Source: Pelagomonas calceolata (Eukaryota). From it: a stretch of 64,000 nucleotides of DNA. The stretch's first letter is position 1; the number at the start of each line of letters is the position of its first letter. Location: NCBI GenBank assembly GCA_918797485.1, contig CAKKNE010000003.1, positions 4,402,001 to 4,466,000 on the forward strand. Reading direction: 5' to 3'. The notes under the pieces were generated by a model. That model saw only the letters and a program-made list of their open reading frames with translations, was not told the origin of the DNA and did no database searches. Shown here piece by piece: positions 11,379 through 23,800 of this stretch. The translations under genes were made by a program, and so were the position numbers.

Positions 11379-11895
11379 AAATAATCTAGCCGGAAATTTG
11401 GGTCTTTGGTGCCGGCCAGCGTCGTATCACGACCTAAGTTAGAGACTCTGGCTGCGTGTGTGCGTCATTTTGGTGGTGCGTCAGTTGTCGCGGATGCTGT
11501 TCTCGCAGTCATCGTGACGACGCCAGGCCCAACTGCGTCGCCGTTGCGTGGCTCGGACCGCAAATCGGATCGAGCTCAACGTCCAGCAGCCCCGCGGCTC
11601 GAGACAATTAGACGTCTAGACGCATAGGGGGTGAAGTTATCTGGGTAGGAGGTAACTTCAGAGTAGGGGTTTCTTTAGCCAAGTTGAACGGGCGCCGCCG
11701 TGTCTAACGGTTCTAGTTAACATCACGATGGTGTCTGGTGTCCCCCCCCCCCTGTTCTAACCTGGACAACATCCGAGTCGTCTAAGTGCGCCGGGGTCTC
11801 ACTGACTCTCAGGCTACCTACCAGTAGGCTAGTTAGATGGTAAGTGGAAAGTAATGCGCGCGGGAGGAGGGGGGAGGAGGAAGGCGCGACACCCT

Positions 11896-14800
11896 CTATT
11901 CATCGGCCTCCGGAGGAGCCGGCGCCGGCGCCCCGCCAGTAGAGAACCGCTCCGCCCGCGCCTTCCGTCGCGCCTCGGCCGTCGCGGCGGCGGCGGCGGC
12001 GGGCGCCGGTGTCGGTGCCGCCGCCGGCGCGGCGGCGGCGGGCGCCGCGGCGATCTTCTGCTTCGCGGCCGCGTTCGCCTTCTGGAGCGAGAGGAGCTTG
12101 GCGCGGAGCGCGGCGGCCTCGCTCTGCTTCTTCGAGGCGGCGGCGGCGGGCTTCGCGGCGGCCGGCGCGGCGGCCGCCTTCTTCGCCTTCTTCTTGGGCT
12201 GGGCGGCCGCCGGCGCCGGGGCCGCCGCCTCGGCCGCGGGCGCCGGGCGCTTCTTCTTCGCCGAGGCCGGCGCGGGCGCGGGCGCCGCGGCGGCGGGCGG
12301 CGGCGGCAGGAAGGGCGGCGCGAGCGGCGAGAGCATCGGGACGGGCGGCGGCGCCGCGGCGGCGGCGGCGGCGGGGCGCTTCTTCTTCTGCGACGCCGGC
12401 GCCGGCGCCGCGGCCGGCGCGGCCGCGGCGGCGGCGGGGCGCTTCTTCTTCTGCGACGCCGGCGCCGGCGCCGCGGCCGGCTTCTTTTTCTGAGCCGCCG
12501 GCGCGGAGGCGGCCGGCTTCTTCGGCGCCGGCGCCGGCGCGGCGGCGGGGGGCGCCGCGCGCGCGGGCGACGCCATCGTCGCGACCTTGCCCTCGAGGGC
12601 CTGCGTCTGGGCCTTGTACTGGCGCAGCATGCCCGCCGCTTTCCTGACTTTCGCCTCGGCGCGCACGACCTCGTCCCTCAAGGCGCGCGCGGCGGCGTCG
12701 GCGGCGGACGCGCGGTCCTCCAGCAACCGCGCCCGCCGCGCCGCCTCGTCGAGGGCCCGCCGGTTGAGCGCCTCCGCGCGCTTGTCCCGCAGGAAGCGCT
12801 GGGCCGAGCGCGCCGCGTCGCGCGCCCAGGCCGCGTCCAGCGCTTTGCAGCGGTTCTTCTCGTCCCGCGCGTCGGCGGCCGCCTGCGACGCGCGCGTCCG
12901 CAGGTCGCCGCACTGGTCCTCGGCCTTCCGGAGCGCTTCCTCCACCCTCCGGTGCTCGTCGGCGTCGACGCGCGTCGCGCCGCCGGCGACGAGCGCGTCG
13001 ACGCGCCGGCGCCAGGCCGCCGCGTCGCGCTCCGCCGCCTGCCGCGCCTTCTCGGCGCCCTCGGCGCGCGCCCGCAGGTCCGAGAGCTGCCGGTCGCGCG
13101 GGTCCGCGACCGCGGCCCGCAGCCGCCGCAGTTCGTTCCGCAGGCCGTCGGCGGCGGCGCGCTGGCCCGACGCCTCCGCGCGCAGCGTCGCGTTCGACTC
13201 CCGCAGTAAGGAAAGCTGCTGCGCGGCCGCGCGGCGCCGCTGCTCCGCGTCCCCGCCCAGCCCCTCGTTCGCCGCGCCGTCCCGCGCGCGCAGCAGCGCG
13301 TCGCGCTCGGCGCGCGCCGCCGCGCACGCCTCCTCCGCCGACGCCGCGCGCGCCGCGTCCCGCCGCCGCCCGCGCGCCTCGACGGCGAGCTTGGCCTCCG
13401 CCAGCTCCTTCTCCCGCCGCACGAAGACCACGACCTCCCGCAGCTCCGCGAGCCGCGCGTCCGCGTCGAGCGCCGGCGCCGCCGCGTCCGCCGCCGCGCC
13501 GTCGGCCCGCCGGCGCTGCAGCCGCTCGACCGTCTGCGCCGCGAGGCTCACTTGCGCGTGCAGCAGCTCGTTCTGGCGTTCCAACGCCGCGCACCGCTTG
13601 GCGACCTCCTCGTCGGCGCGCATGCCGCGCGCGGCCGGGGCCGCGGCGGCGGGCGCCGCGCCCCGCAGCCCCTCGCACTCCGCGACGGCCGCGCGGCAGG
13701 CGGCGACCGAGGCGTTCAGGGCTTGGACGTGCGCCGCGTGCAGGCCCAGCTCGCGCTCGTACGCGTCGCGCGCCGACGCCGCGGCCTGCTGCGCCCGCTC
13801 GCTCTCCGCCGTGGCGGCGTCGCGCTGCCGCGCGCCGTCGTCCCGCGCGCGGATCAGGTCGTCCCGCCGCGCCTCCGCCGCGTCGCGCGCCTCGCGCGCC
13901 GTCGCCAGCTCCGCCCTCGCCTCCGCGAGCCGCTCCTCGAGCCGCGCGTTCTCGCCGGCCTCGTTGCGCTCCTTCTCTCGCAGGTTATCGATCGTGGCGC
14001 GCAGCTCCTGGCGCTCGCGCGCCGTCGTCTCGCGCAGAGCCTCGGCCGTCGCCGTCGCCTCGGCCAGCGCCGCCTCGTGGCTCTCGGCGATGCGGCGGAA
14101 CGTCTCCGCGTGGCCGCGCTCCGCGTCCCGGGACGCCACGGCCGCGTCCAACTCGACGCGCAGCTGCGCCGCGTCCTGGCGCAGGACCGAGGCCAGGGCC
14201 AACTCGTCCGGACTGGCGGCGTCCCGTTCTTCGAGCAGCGGCCGCGGCGACGGCGGCCGCGGTCTCGCGTCTCGGAGCTGGCCCTCGAGGGCCTCGGCCC
14301 GGGCGGCGGCCGCGGCGGCGGCCTCTCTCGCTTGCGCCGCCCGGCCGTCCGCCTCCTTGGCCTCCGACCGGGCCGCCGCCGCGTCGGCCGTGAGCGCCGC
14401 CGCCGCGACGCGGTGCGCTTCGTGCGCTGCTGCCAGCTCGTCGCGGCACGCCGCCAGTCTCGCTTCCGCGGAGGCGAGTCGCTCGGACGTCGCCGTGTCG
14501 TCGGCCTCCCTCGTGGCGCCCAGCGCGGCCTCGAGGCGCTCCAGCCCGCTCAACGCGTCCACGAGCCTGGCGTTCTCCGCCGTCAGCGATCGAACTCGCG
14601 CCGCCGCGTTGTCGGCCGCCGCGCGCTCGGCCTCGCGCCGCGCGTCGGCGCGCGCCGCCTCCTCGGACCTGAGGGCCGCGGCGCGCCGCGCGCTCCGAGC
14701 GTCCTCCTCCGCGGTTTGCGCGGCCAGCTCCGCCGCCTCGATGCGCGACGCCTTTTGCCGCGCATCCGCTAAGGCCGTCTGCTCGCCGCGCCGCGCGTCG

Positions 14801-16671
14801 TTCAGGGCACCTTCGAGCCGCCGCGAGCGCCCCCGTTCAAAGTCGAGGTCCGCCCGCGACCGCGCCTCCGCGCCCCTCGCCTCGGCCGCGTCCCGCTTGG
14901 CCGCCTCCTCGGCGTCGCGCGCCATGGTCTTGGCCTGCGCGGCGAGCTGCGCCTCCCGCCGAAACAGCTCGGCGTCCGCCCGGAGCTCGACGACGGCGTC
15001 GCTCGACGACGGCGGCCGCGCCGGCACGAGCTCCGCCGCCGCCGACGCGGGGTCGCGCAGCCGGCGCGCCTGGTCCCGGAACTGGTCTCGCTCGGCCACG
15101 AGCGCCCGCACCATGGCGTCCTGCGACTCGCGCGACCGCTTGAGCGCCTCGAGCTCCTCGAGCGTGGCCTCGAGCACGCCCGAGTCGACCTGGTCCTTGG
15201 CCGCTTCGACGTCCTGCGACAGCGACCGCACGACCCGCAGGAGTTGCTCGTTCCGCAGCTGCAGCTCGTCCACGTCCGCGAACGCCACGAGGTGCTCCTC
15301 CGCGTCGCCGCCCGCCTCGTTCTTGCGCGCCTTCTTCGGGCCCGCCTTCAGCAGCGCGCGCACCTGCGCCGCCAGGTCGCGCCGCGTCGCCTCGAGCGCC
15401 TCCCGCTCCGCCTCGGCGGACGCCGCCCGCGCGCGGCACGCGTCGCGCTCCGCCCGCGCGCCGTCGCGCTCCCGCTCCAGCGCGTGGTGCTTCAGCGCGA
15501 GCGCGTCGTAGGCCTTGACGGCGTCCTTGCGCGCCGCGACCTCGCGCTCGAAGACCGACGCCTTCTTCTCGATCTCGCGGCCGACCCGCTCCAGGTAGAG
15601 CTCGTTCCGCCGCAGCTCGGCCTTGGCCGCCTCGGCGGCGCGCTCCGCGTCCGCGGCGCGCCGGTAGAAGCGCGCCGCGCCGGCGTCGCTGCCCCGCGGC
15701 TCGCTCAGGGCGCGCTCGGCGTCGTCGGCGCGCTTCCGCTGCGCCTCCGCGTCGGCGTGCGCCTCGGCGAGGCGCGCGTCGGCGGCCTCCCGCGCCTCGG
15801 CCAGCAAATCGTCGCACTCGCGCTTCACGGCCGCGACCTGCTCCTCGAGCCGCCGCGCCGCGGCCGCCTCGCGCTCCGCCGCGGCCGCCGCCCGCTCCGC
15901 GTGCTTCCGCGCGTCGCGCTCGTGCGCGTCGCCCTCGTCGACCAGGGCCACGCTCAATCGCTTCTCGGCCACCAGGTCGGCCTCGAGCGCCGCGCGGTCG
16001 CGCGCGGCCGCGCCGCGCGCGTCCCGCAGGCGCGCCTCGGCGGCCGTCTGCGCGCGCTCCGCCGCCGCGCGGCGCTCCTCGCTCGCTTCGAGGAGGTGCG
16101 CCTTGGACGCCGCGTCGCCCCGCGCCTCGTCCCGCGCGCGCTCCGCGGCCGCCAGCGCCCGGGAGGCCTCGCCGCGGGAGTCCCGCAGCTCCTGCGACCG
16201 CTGGTCCAGTTCGTCCTTGAGCCACGCGGCGTGGCCCTCGAGGGCCTCGCGCTCCCGCGCCCACCGCTCCCGCTCGAGCGTCGACGCCCGCGCCTGCGAC
16301 TCCGCCCGCGCGCACTTCTCCGTGTTCTCTCGCGCCTCCTTCCTCGCGTCCGCGAGCGCCCGCTGCGCGTCCGCCGACGCCGCGGCGAGCTCGGCGGCCC
16401 GCAGCTCCGCGCGATCGGCGCGCTCGGCGTTCGCCCGCCGCGCGCCGTCGAGGCGCGCCGCGTCGCGCTCCGCGGCGGCCCGGCGCTCCTCCGCGTCCGC
16501 CGCGCCGCGCTGGGCGCTCGTGAGGCTGAGCGTGAGCTTCGCCAGGCCGCTTTCGTGCTCGGCCGCCGCGGTCCGCAGTTCGTCGCGCTCGGCGGTCGCG
16601 GCCTCGAGCGCCTCGCTCAATTTCATAAACCGCTGCTCCACATCGTGAAACAGGGCGGGGGCGCTCGCCAT
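11896..16671 (-). CDS. TPR: Nuclear basket nucleoporin TPR/Mlp1
   Basis: Long coiled coil with TPR/Mlp hallmarks F.DVDELQLRNEQLLRVVRSLS, YERELGLHA, LREVVVFVRREKE and LLRESNATLR. Basic repeats at the C-terminus. Likely ATG at 16671. Confidence 0.85.
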   Translation of the reverse strand: MASAPALFHDVEQRFMKLSEALEAATAERDELRTAAAEHESGLAKLTLSLTSAQRGAADAEERRAAAERDAARLDGARRANAERADRAELRAAELAAASADAQRALADARKEARENTEKCARAESQARASTLERERWAREREALEGHAAWLKDELDQRSQELRDSRGEASRALAAAERARDEARGDAASKAHLLEASEERRAAAERAQTAAEARLRDARGAAARDRAALEADLVAEKRLSVALVDEGDAHERDARKHAERAAAAAEREAAAARRLEEQVAAVKRECDDLLAEAREAADARLAEAHADAEAQRKRADDAERALSEPRGSDAGAARFYRRAADAERAAEAAKAELRRNELYLERVGREIEKKASVFEREVAARKDAVKAYDALALKHHALERERDGARAERDACRARAASAEAEREALEATRRDLAAQVRALLKAGPKKARKNEAGGDAEEHLVAFADVDELQLRNEQLLRVVRSLSQDVEAAKDQVDSGVLEATLEELEALKRSRESQDAMVRALVAERDQFRDQARRLRDPASAAAELVPARPPSSSDAVVELRADAELFRREAQLAAQAKTMARDAEEAAKRDAAEARGAEARSRADLDFERGRSRRLEGALNDARRGEQTALADARQKASRIEAAELAAQTAEEDARSARRAAALRSEEAARADARREAERAAADNAAARVRSLTAENARLVDALSGLERLEAALGATREADDTATSERLASAEARLAACRDELAAAHEAHRVAAAALTADAAAARSEAKEADGRAAQAREAAAAAAARAEALEGQLRDARPRPPSPRPLLEERDAASPDELALASVLRQDAAQLRVELDAAVASRDAERGHAETFRRIAESHEAALAEATATAEALRETTARERQELRATIDNLREKERNEAGENARLEERLAEARAELATAREARDAAEARRDDLIRARDDGARQRDAATAESERAQQAAASARDAYERELGLHAAHVQALNASVAACRAAVAECEGLRGAAPAAAAPAARGMRADEEVAKRCAALERQNELLHAQVSLAAQTVERLQRRRADGAAADAAAPALDADARLAELREVVVFVRREKELAEAKLAVEARGRRRDAARAASAEEACAAARAERDALLRARDGAANEGLGGDAEQRRRAAAQQLSLLRESNATLRAEASGQRAAADGLRNELRRLRAAVADPRDRQLSDLRARAEGAEKARQAAERDAAAWRRRVDALVAGGATRVDADEHRRVEEALRKAEDQCGDLRTRASQAAADARDEKNRCKALDAAWARDAARSAQRFLRDKRAEALNRRALDEAARRARLLEDRASAADAAARALRDEVVRAEAKVRKAAGMLRQYKAQTQALEGKVATMASPARAAPPAAAPAPAPKKPAASAPAAQKKKPAAAPAPASQKKKRPAAAAAAPAAAPAPASQKKKRPAAAAAAAPPPVPMLSPLAPPFLPPPPAAAAPAPAPASAKKKRPAPAAEAAAPAPAAAQPKKKAKKAAAAPAAAKPAAAASKKQSEAAALRAKLLSLQKANAAAKQKIAAAPAAAAPAAAPTPAPAAAAAATAEARRKARAERFSTGGAPAPAPPEADE

Positions 16672-16992
16672 GGTTGTCGTCCTGGATCGAAACCCGCCTG
16701 CCCTCGGCACAAGGGGGCTTTGCTCCTGCCTATCCTCAATAGAACCGGGCCGAGCTTCCCCCTGCTTGCTTGCTTGCTTGCTCTCTCTCTCTCGCTGCTT
16801 ACCCAAACCCGCTTGCGTTGCCGCGCCGCGCCGCGTTGTCCCTAGAGTCTTAAGGTCGCTAGCCCATTTCTCCTTTTTGAGGTTGCAGCTGTTTATGCCC
16901 CATGCTCGGCGCAAGTGAAGCAGGTTTGGTGAGCAGGGAGCGAGAGAAGCAGCGCACCACAACCAATACGTCTTTTTGAACTTGCGGTGCCG

Positions 16993-19900
16993 ATGGGTCG
17001 AGCCCAGCGCAAGCGCGCCGCGCCGCAAGCCCAGGCAGCGCCGCCGCCGAAGGCCTCGGCCGCGAAGCGCAAGAAGGCGCAAAAGCTCCGACAAAAGGCC
17101 GACGCGCTCGAAAAGCGGGCCGCCCTTTACGCGGCGCTCGCCGACAACGGCGCGTCGGGCGACGACCTGCGCGTCGTCCGCGCGGCCGTCGCGGGCGCGC
17201 GCGCGGGCGGGACGGCGCGTCAGCGGGCCACGGCGGCGCTGCTCAAGGAGCGGCGCGGGCTCGCGCTGGACGCCGACGACGCGGACGCTTTGTACGCGCG
17301 CGGCGGCGCGAAGCGCGCGCGCCTCGACGTCGGCGGCGACGACGCGGGCGGCGGCGACGCGGCGGCCGGCGGCGGCGACGACGCCGCCGCGGCGGGCGGC
17401 GAGTCGAGCGACGACGGCTCGTCCGCGGGCGACGAAGCCGCGCCGCCGCCGCCGCCGCCGCCGCCGACCGACGTCGCCGCCGCGATGATGCGCCAGCTCG
17501 CCGCGTTGCAGGCGAAGCCGGCGCCGCCGGAGAAACCCAAGGAGGCGCCCGCCAGTGCCGACATCGACGCGCCGACGGCGCGGCGGTCGGCAACGGAACC
17601 CACCGGTCGATGCGACGCAGGCGCCCGTCCCGGAGCCCGAGCTCCCGGGCCGGACGGGCTACGTGCCCGCTCCGCTCCGGCTGCCGGACGCGCTCACGAG
17701 CACGCCCTCCGCGGCGCCGCGCGCGCCCGCCGCGCGGCCCGCGTGGATGCCGCGGGTCCGCCGCACCGCGGCGGAGCGCGCGGCGCGGCTGCGCCTCCCG
17801 GCGTGCGGCGCCGAGCAGGAGATCGTCGACGCGGTGCGCGGCGCGGACGTCGTCGTCCTGAGCGGCGCGACGGGCTCGGGCAAGTCGACGCAGGTGCCGC
17901 AGTTCCTCTACGAGGCCGGGCTCTGCGGGCCGCGGGGCCTGCGCGTCGTCGCCACGCAGCCGCGGCGCGTCGCCGTCGTGGCCACCGCGGAGCGCGTCGC
18001 GCGCGAGCTCGGCGCGGCCGACCCCGGCGCCGCGCGCGACGCGCTCGTCGCCTACCGGACGCGCTACGACCGCGGCGGCCTGGGGCCCGCGACGCGCCTC
18101 GTCTTCGAGACCGACGGCGTCCTGCTGCGCGAGCTCGAGCGCGACCTGCTGCTGCGGGACTACGGCGCCGCCGTCGTCGACGAGGCGCACGAGCGGTCGC
18201 TGACGACGGATTTGCTGCTGGGGCTGCTGGGGCGGAGCGTCGCGCTGCGGCGGGCGGAGTTCGAGCGGGCGCGCGCGGCCGGGGAGCCCGACGTCCTGGC
18301 GCCGCTCAAGGTCGTCGTCATGTCCGCGACGCTCGACGCGCGGGCGCTGTCCCGGCGGGAGCTCTGGCCCGCGCCGCCGCGCCTCGTCGAGCTCGAGGGC
18401 CGGCAGCACCCCGTGAGCGTCCACTTCGCGCGCGAGACGGTGCTGGAGGACTACGCGGGCGCGGCGCTGGAAGTCGTGAGGCGCGTGCACCGCGAGGCGG
18501 CCGACGACGGCGCGATCCTCGTGTTCCTGACCGGGCGGCGGGAGATCGAGGCCTTCTGCGGCGAGCTGCGTTCAGATAGGACGCTGGACGTCCGGCCCCT
18601 CTACGCGCAGATGGCGCTGGAGGCGCAGCGCGAGGCGTTCGCGCCGACGCGGGCGGGCCGCGCGCGCAAGGTCGTCGTGGCGACGGACGTGGCGGAGACG
18701 TCGCTCACGATCCCCGGTGCGCGGCCCGCGTCGGGGCGCCGTCGACTCCGCCCGACCGCCCGCCCGCCCGCAGGCGTCGTCCACGTCGTCGACTGCGGCC
18801 GCGCGAAGCGGCAGGTCGTCGTCGACGCCGCGTCCGGCGCCGTCGCCCACCGCGTCGGCTGGATCAGCCGCGCGAACGCCGACCAGCGCAGCGGCCGCGC
18901 GGGGCGCACGCGGCCGGGCCACTGCCACCGGCTCTACAGCTCGGCGGTCTACGCGGAGACGTTCGAGGCGTCGGAGAAGCCGGAGCTGCTGCGCCTGCCG
19001 GTGGTCGACGTCGTCCTCCGGGTCAAGGCGCTGGGCGTGCGCGACCCGTCCGCCTTCCCCTTCCCGGACCGCCCCCCCCCCGCGAGCGTCGAGGCGGCCT
19101 GCGAGTCGCTCGCGCGCCTGGGGGCCCTGGAACTGCGCCGGCCGTACGCGCGGGCGCCGCTCTCGGAACTCGGCAGGGCGCTGGCGTCGCTCCCCGTCGG
19201 CGCGCGCCACGCGGCGACGCTCGCCTACGCGGGCCGCGTCGCCAAGGGTCTGGCGGCCGCCAAGCGGGACGCGTTCGCCGCACTGGCCGTCGCGTGCGTC
19301 GCGGCCGCCTCCGAGCGGTCGCCGTTCCGCGACGGCGCGGCCGAGGGCGAGCGCCGGGCCTTCCGCCACCCGCTGGGCGACGCCCACGCGCGGCTGCTCG
19401 CGCTGGGCGCCTACGCCGCGGCCGCCGACCGGGCCGCGTGCTGCGCCGCGCGGGGGCTGGACGAAGGCGCGCTGGGCCGCGCGGTCCCGTCCCCGGCGTC
19501 CCGCGCGCGGGGCCGCCAGCCGACGGCCCCGTCGCCTCCGCCGCGCAGGCGCGCCTCTACGAGTCGCTCCGCCGGTCCTGCGTCAAGGCCGGCGTCTTCG
19601 CCGCCGTCCCCGCCCTCGCGGCGCTCGCGCCGGCGTCGGCCGCCGCCGACGCGCGCCTCGCCCGGTGCCTCGCGGCCGGCGGCCTCGACCGGGTCGCGCG
19701 GCTCGCGGAGCCCGCTCGGGTCGTCGAGGCGGCGCGGCGGGACGCCGCGTCGCGGGGCGAGCGCTGGGACCCGCGGTCGCTCGACGCGTACCGCCGGGAC
19801 TGCGCCTACGAGCCGCTCGGCGGCGGCGGCTTCTGCTACGTCCACCCGGCCTCCGCGGCGCACGCGCGGACGCGCGCCGACCTGCCGGAGTTTGTCGTGT

Positions 19901-20459
19901 ACGCGACCGTCTCCTCGGCGGCCGGTCGCCGGCGCCTCGAGGGCGTGACCGCGGTCGAGGGACGGCACCTGGCCCGGCTCGGGCACGGCTTCGTCGAGCT
20001 GGGCGGGCCGTGCGCGTCGCCGGAGCCGACGCTCGCGGGCGGCGTCGTGCGCGCGTTCCGGCGCGCGGCGCTGACGCGACGCGGCGAGGCGTGGGCGCTG
20101 CCGCTCGCGCGCCCCCGCGTCGACCGCCGCGCCGTCGACGCGCGGACGCGACGGTCGCGCAGGTCAGCGCGGCGCTCGACGCCTTCTCGGAGGAGGACGC
20201 GGCGGACGTCTGCGCGCGCGTGGCGCTCGCGCGCTTCGGGGGCGACGACCTGCTGGAGCCGCGCGAGCGGACGGTGCCCCTGGACGGGGCCGCGCCGACG
20301 GCGCGGGGCCTCGCGCTCCGCCGCGCGCTGCGCGGCGTCGGCGACGGAGGGCTCGTGGGGGCGCTGCGGGGCGGCGGCGCGCGGGCGGCGTTCCTGGCGT
20401 GCGTGCGGCCCTCGCGGCGCGCGGCGGCCGCGGAGCGCCTCGACGCCCCCGCGGAATAA
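16993..20459 (+). CDS. DHX37: DEAH-box RNA helicase, DHX37/Dhr1-like (introns ~17545-17620, 18717-18773, 19484-19548, and one ending 20162)
   Basis: Motifs GATGSGKSTQVPQFLYEAG, TQPRRVA, DEAHERS, MSATL, ATDVAETSLTIPG and QRSGRAGR. Frame changes coincide with short introns ending CAG. The donor of the last intron is not resolved. Confidence 0.85.
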
Positions 20460-20813
20460 GTGTTTGCGCCTGGCACCCCTCCTCCCGGCCCGCGCGGGGA
20501 CGGACGGGCGTGCGGTCGAGGCGGCCTAGCAATGAAATAAATTATACGTATAAGCCTGGGCGAAAAGCGTCAAGCGCTCATTATTGTGTGTCCTCCGTCC
20601 TCCGAGTCGATTTCTAATTGATTTATTTCTTCATTTATTCATGTAACCCCACGCGGTCGGCGGCGGACACCGTGACGTCGTTTCGCCCTCGTTCTGCAAG
20701 GAGGCGCTCTTCGCGCCCGGAAGTCGAGCCATGGCAATGGATCATCCGAGTCCACTAGGCAATTCCAAGGTATAATACCTAACTCTATGCACTTGGGCGA
20801 ACAAAAAGCCACG

Positions 20814-23800
20814 TCAACGGTCGCCCGCATCTTCGCCCGCGGCGCGCCGCACGCGCTCCGCGGCGGCCGCCGCGACGCCCGGCAGGTCGTCCGGCGCTCC
20901 GTCGTCGATCGACGCGACGGCGTCGAAGAGGCCGTCCAGGCGCCGCTCGAGCGCCGCGCCGTCGCAGGCCGCCGTCGCCGCCTCCAGCCTCGGCTGCAGC
21001 GCGTCGACCGCGGCCGCGAAGCTTTGGGAGGCCCGCTCGACGGCGTCCGCCTCGTTCTTTCGCGGCCGGGGGCCGTCCGCGTCCGTCGGGTCGGGCGACG
21101 AGTCCTCGCCGACGACGGGCGGCGGCGGCGGCTGCTCCGGCGTGTCCGGCGGCGCCGCCCGCGCCGCGAGGGCCGCGTCGACCGCGGCCCGCGCGGCCCG
21201 GCGGTCCCGCCGCAGGCTCCGCTTCTCCAGCCGGTCGCACGCGGCCACGAGGTCCCAGCCCAGCTTCCGCCGGAACGCGTGCGCCATGCTTCGGCACAGG
21301 TCCTCGGCGTTGTGCGCCGCGTGGCTGAGGTCGTCCGCGCGCGCGTCGCCGGGGAACGCCGCGCGGAGCCTCGCCGCGTTCGTCCGGACCCTTCCGACGT
21401 CCTCCAGGAACGCGCCCAGCGTCTTGTACCGGGCCGCGTCGACGCGCGCCCGCACGACGCCCAGGTCCAGCGGCTCCGCGACGACCGCGAGGTACTCGGG
21501 CTGCTCCTCGGGGTCGACCGGCCGCCAGAGCGGCGCCAGGGCCCGGTCGCTCCGCAGCTCCCGCAAGCACGCCCGCAGAAACACGCGCAGCTCCCGCCAG
21601 CAGTGCCGGGCCTTGGCGTCGTCCCGCTTCGCCACGACGGCCTTTGGAGGCGCCGGCGCCGGCGGCGCCGCCGCCGGCGCCTCCGCCGCCGGAGGCGGCG
21701 GCGCCGCGAGCGCCTCGAGCGCCGCGCGGAACGCGGCCTTCACGTCCAGGAGACCCGCCGTCCAGAACGCGGCCCGCGCCGCCGGCGACGCGGGCGGCAC
21801 GACCACCAGCGCCGCGTCCGCGAGCCACGCCGGCCGCGGCGCGGCCGCGTCGGCCGCGGTCGCGACGACGACGAGCCGCTGGTCCCGGCGTAGTTCGTTG
21901 AGGATGGCGGCGAACGCGAGGTGGAGCGGGTCCGGCGCGCGCGCCGACCACCCGTCGACGTCCTGGACGACGAGGACCGCGTCGGCGTGCGGCGCCGCCG
22001 TCCGCCGCGCGTCCCGCGCGCGCGCCGCGAGGCAGGCGTCCAGGGGCAGACCGGTGCGCGCGGCGTCCCGCAGGAGCGTCGCGTAGCCACACTCCGCGAC
22101 GCCGGCCCCCCGCGCCTTGAACGCGTGCGCGACCGCCGCGAGGACGACGTCCCGCGACCGCGCGCCGTCCGCGGCCGCCAGAACGAGGGACGCCGGCGCC
22201 GCGAAGGGGGCCAGGGCCTTCCGCGGCGCGCGGCGCGCCGATATCGCGGCCGCGAAGGCCGCCGACGCCCCCGTCGGCTCCGCGGCGGCGGGCGGCGGCC
22301 GCGCGCCCAGCGCCCGCAGGGCCTCGTCCACGGACGCCTGGTACAGCGGCGCCCGGTGCGGCGCCAGCGCCTGCGGCGCGCACGCGTCGACGTCCAGGTC
22401 GCTGCGCCGCAGCGCCGCCGGCGCCGCCTTGCGCGCGGCCGCCTCGAAGTCCCTCGCGCTGACCACCACGGCGGTCCTACTCCCGGGGGTGTTCTCGTAG
22501 AGGTCCGGCCGGGCGCGCCGCACGGCCGCCAGGGCCGCCTCCGTACACAACGCGCGCAGGTCCGCGCCGCAGAACCCGGCGGTCCGCGCCGCCAATGCTG
22601 AAAGCAGCTGCGGCGTGGGCTTTGACGAAGGCGCCCAGCTCTCCGTGTGCAGGGCGAGGATGGCCCGCCGTTGCGATTCGTCCGGCGCGCAGAACTGCAG
22701 CTCGCGGTCGAACCGGCCCGGCCGCCTCAGCGCGGGATCGAGCGCGTCCGGCCGGTTCGTGGCGCCGATGACGACGACGTCGCCCCGGTCGGCGAGGCCG
22801 TCCATGAGCGCGAGCAACGTCGCCACCACGGAGTGCTGCGCCAGCTCGCCGCTCCCGCCGCGGCCCGCCGCGCGCGCGGGCGCGAGGCCGTCCAGCTCGT
22901 CGAAGAAGATGATGGAAGGCGCCTTGGCCTTGGCCTCGTCGAAGAGACTGCCGAGGGCCTTCTCCGCCTCGCCCACGTACTTCGAGAGGCAGTCGGCGCC
23001 GTTCCGCACGAAGAACGCCACGCCGCTCCTCTTGGCCTCGGCCCTGTCGTCGTGAGGCCGGTTCTTGACGAGGTGCGCGGAGCACGCCCGCGCGAGCTGC
23101 CTCGCTACCAACGTCTTGCCCGTGCCCGGCGGTCCGTGGAAGAGGACCCCCCGCGGCGGCGTGATCCCCAGGCTCTTGAACAGGTTCGGCTCCTTGAGCG
23201 GGAGGAGGACCATCTCCTCGAGCGCCTTCAGGTGGTGGTCCAGCCCGGCGACGCCCTGGAACGGCGCGACGGCCGGCGCCGGTCCGGCCGCGCCCGCCGC
23301 CGCGGCGTCCTCGTCCGACGACGAGCTGAGGTCGAGGTCGTGCTTCGGGGGCGGCAGCGACCGCCGCCGCGACAGCTGGTCGGCGCCGCGCCGCGCGACC
23401 GAGCTGTCGTCCGAGTCGAACAGGGGCGGCGGCGGCGGCCGCCGCCGGCGCGGCGGCCGCCGCGGCGGGCTCGGCGCGTAGCCGCCGACGCGGCCCCCGC
23501 CGCCGCCATCGCTGTCGCTCTTGTAGCGCCAGTCGTCCCCGCCGTCGCGCCCGCGGCGGCCGCGCGGCGGCGGCGCGCCCGCGAGGCCCTGGTTCGGGCT
23601 CAGGCCCGACACGTTGATCGGCCGCGCCGGCCGGCGCTCGCGTCGCGGGTAGCGCTCGACGGAGGACGAGGGGCTCCGGGCGCGCCTCGAGTTGCGCGTG
23701 CGCCGCCGCGCCGCGCGCCGCGGCGGCAACCGCCGCCGCACGCCGTCGCTGGAGCTCTCCTCGTCGTCGTCGTCGTCGCCCTCGGACGAGTCCTCGGGCT

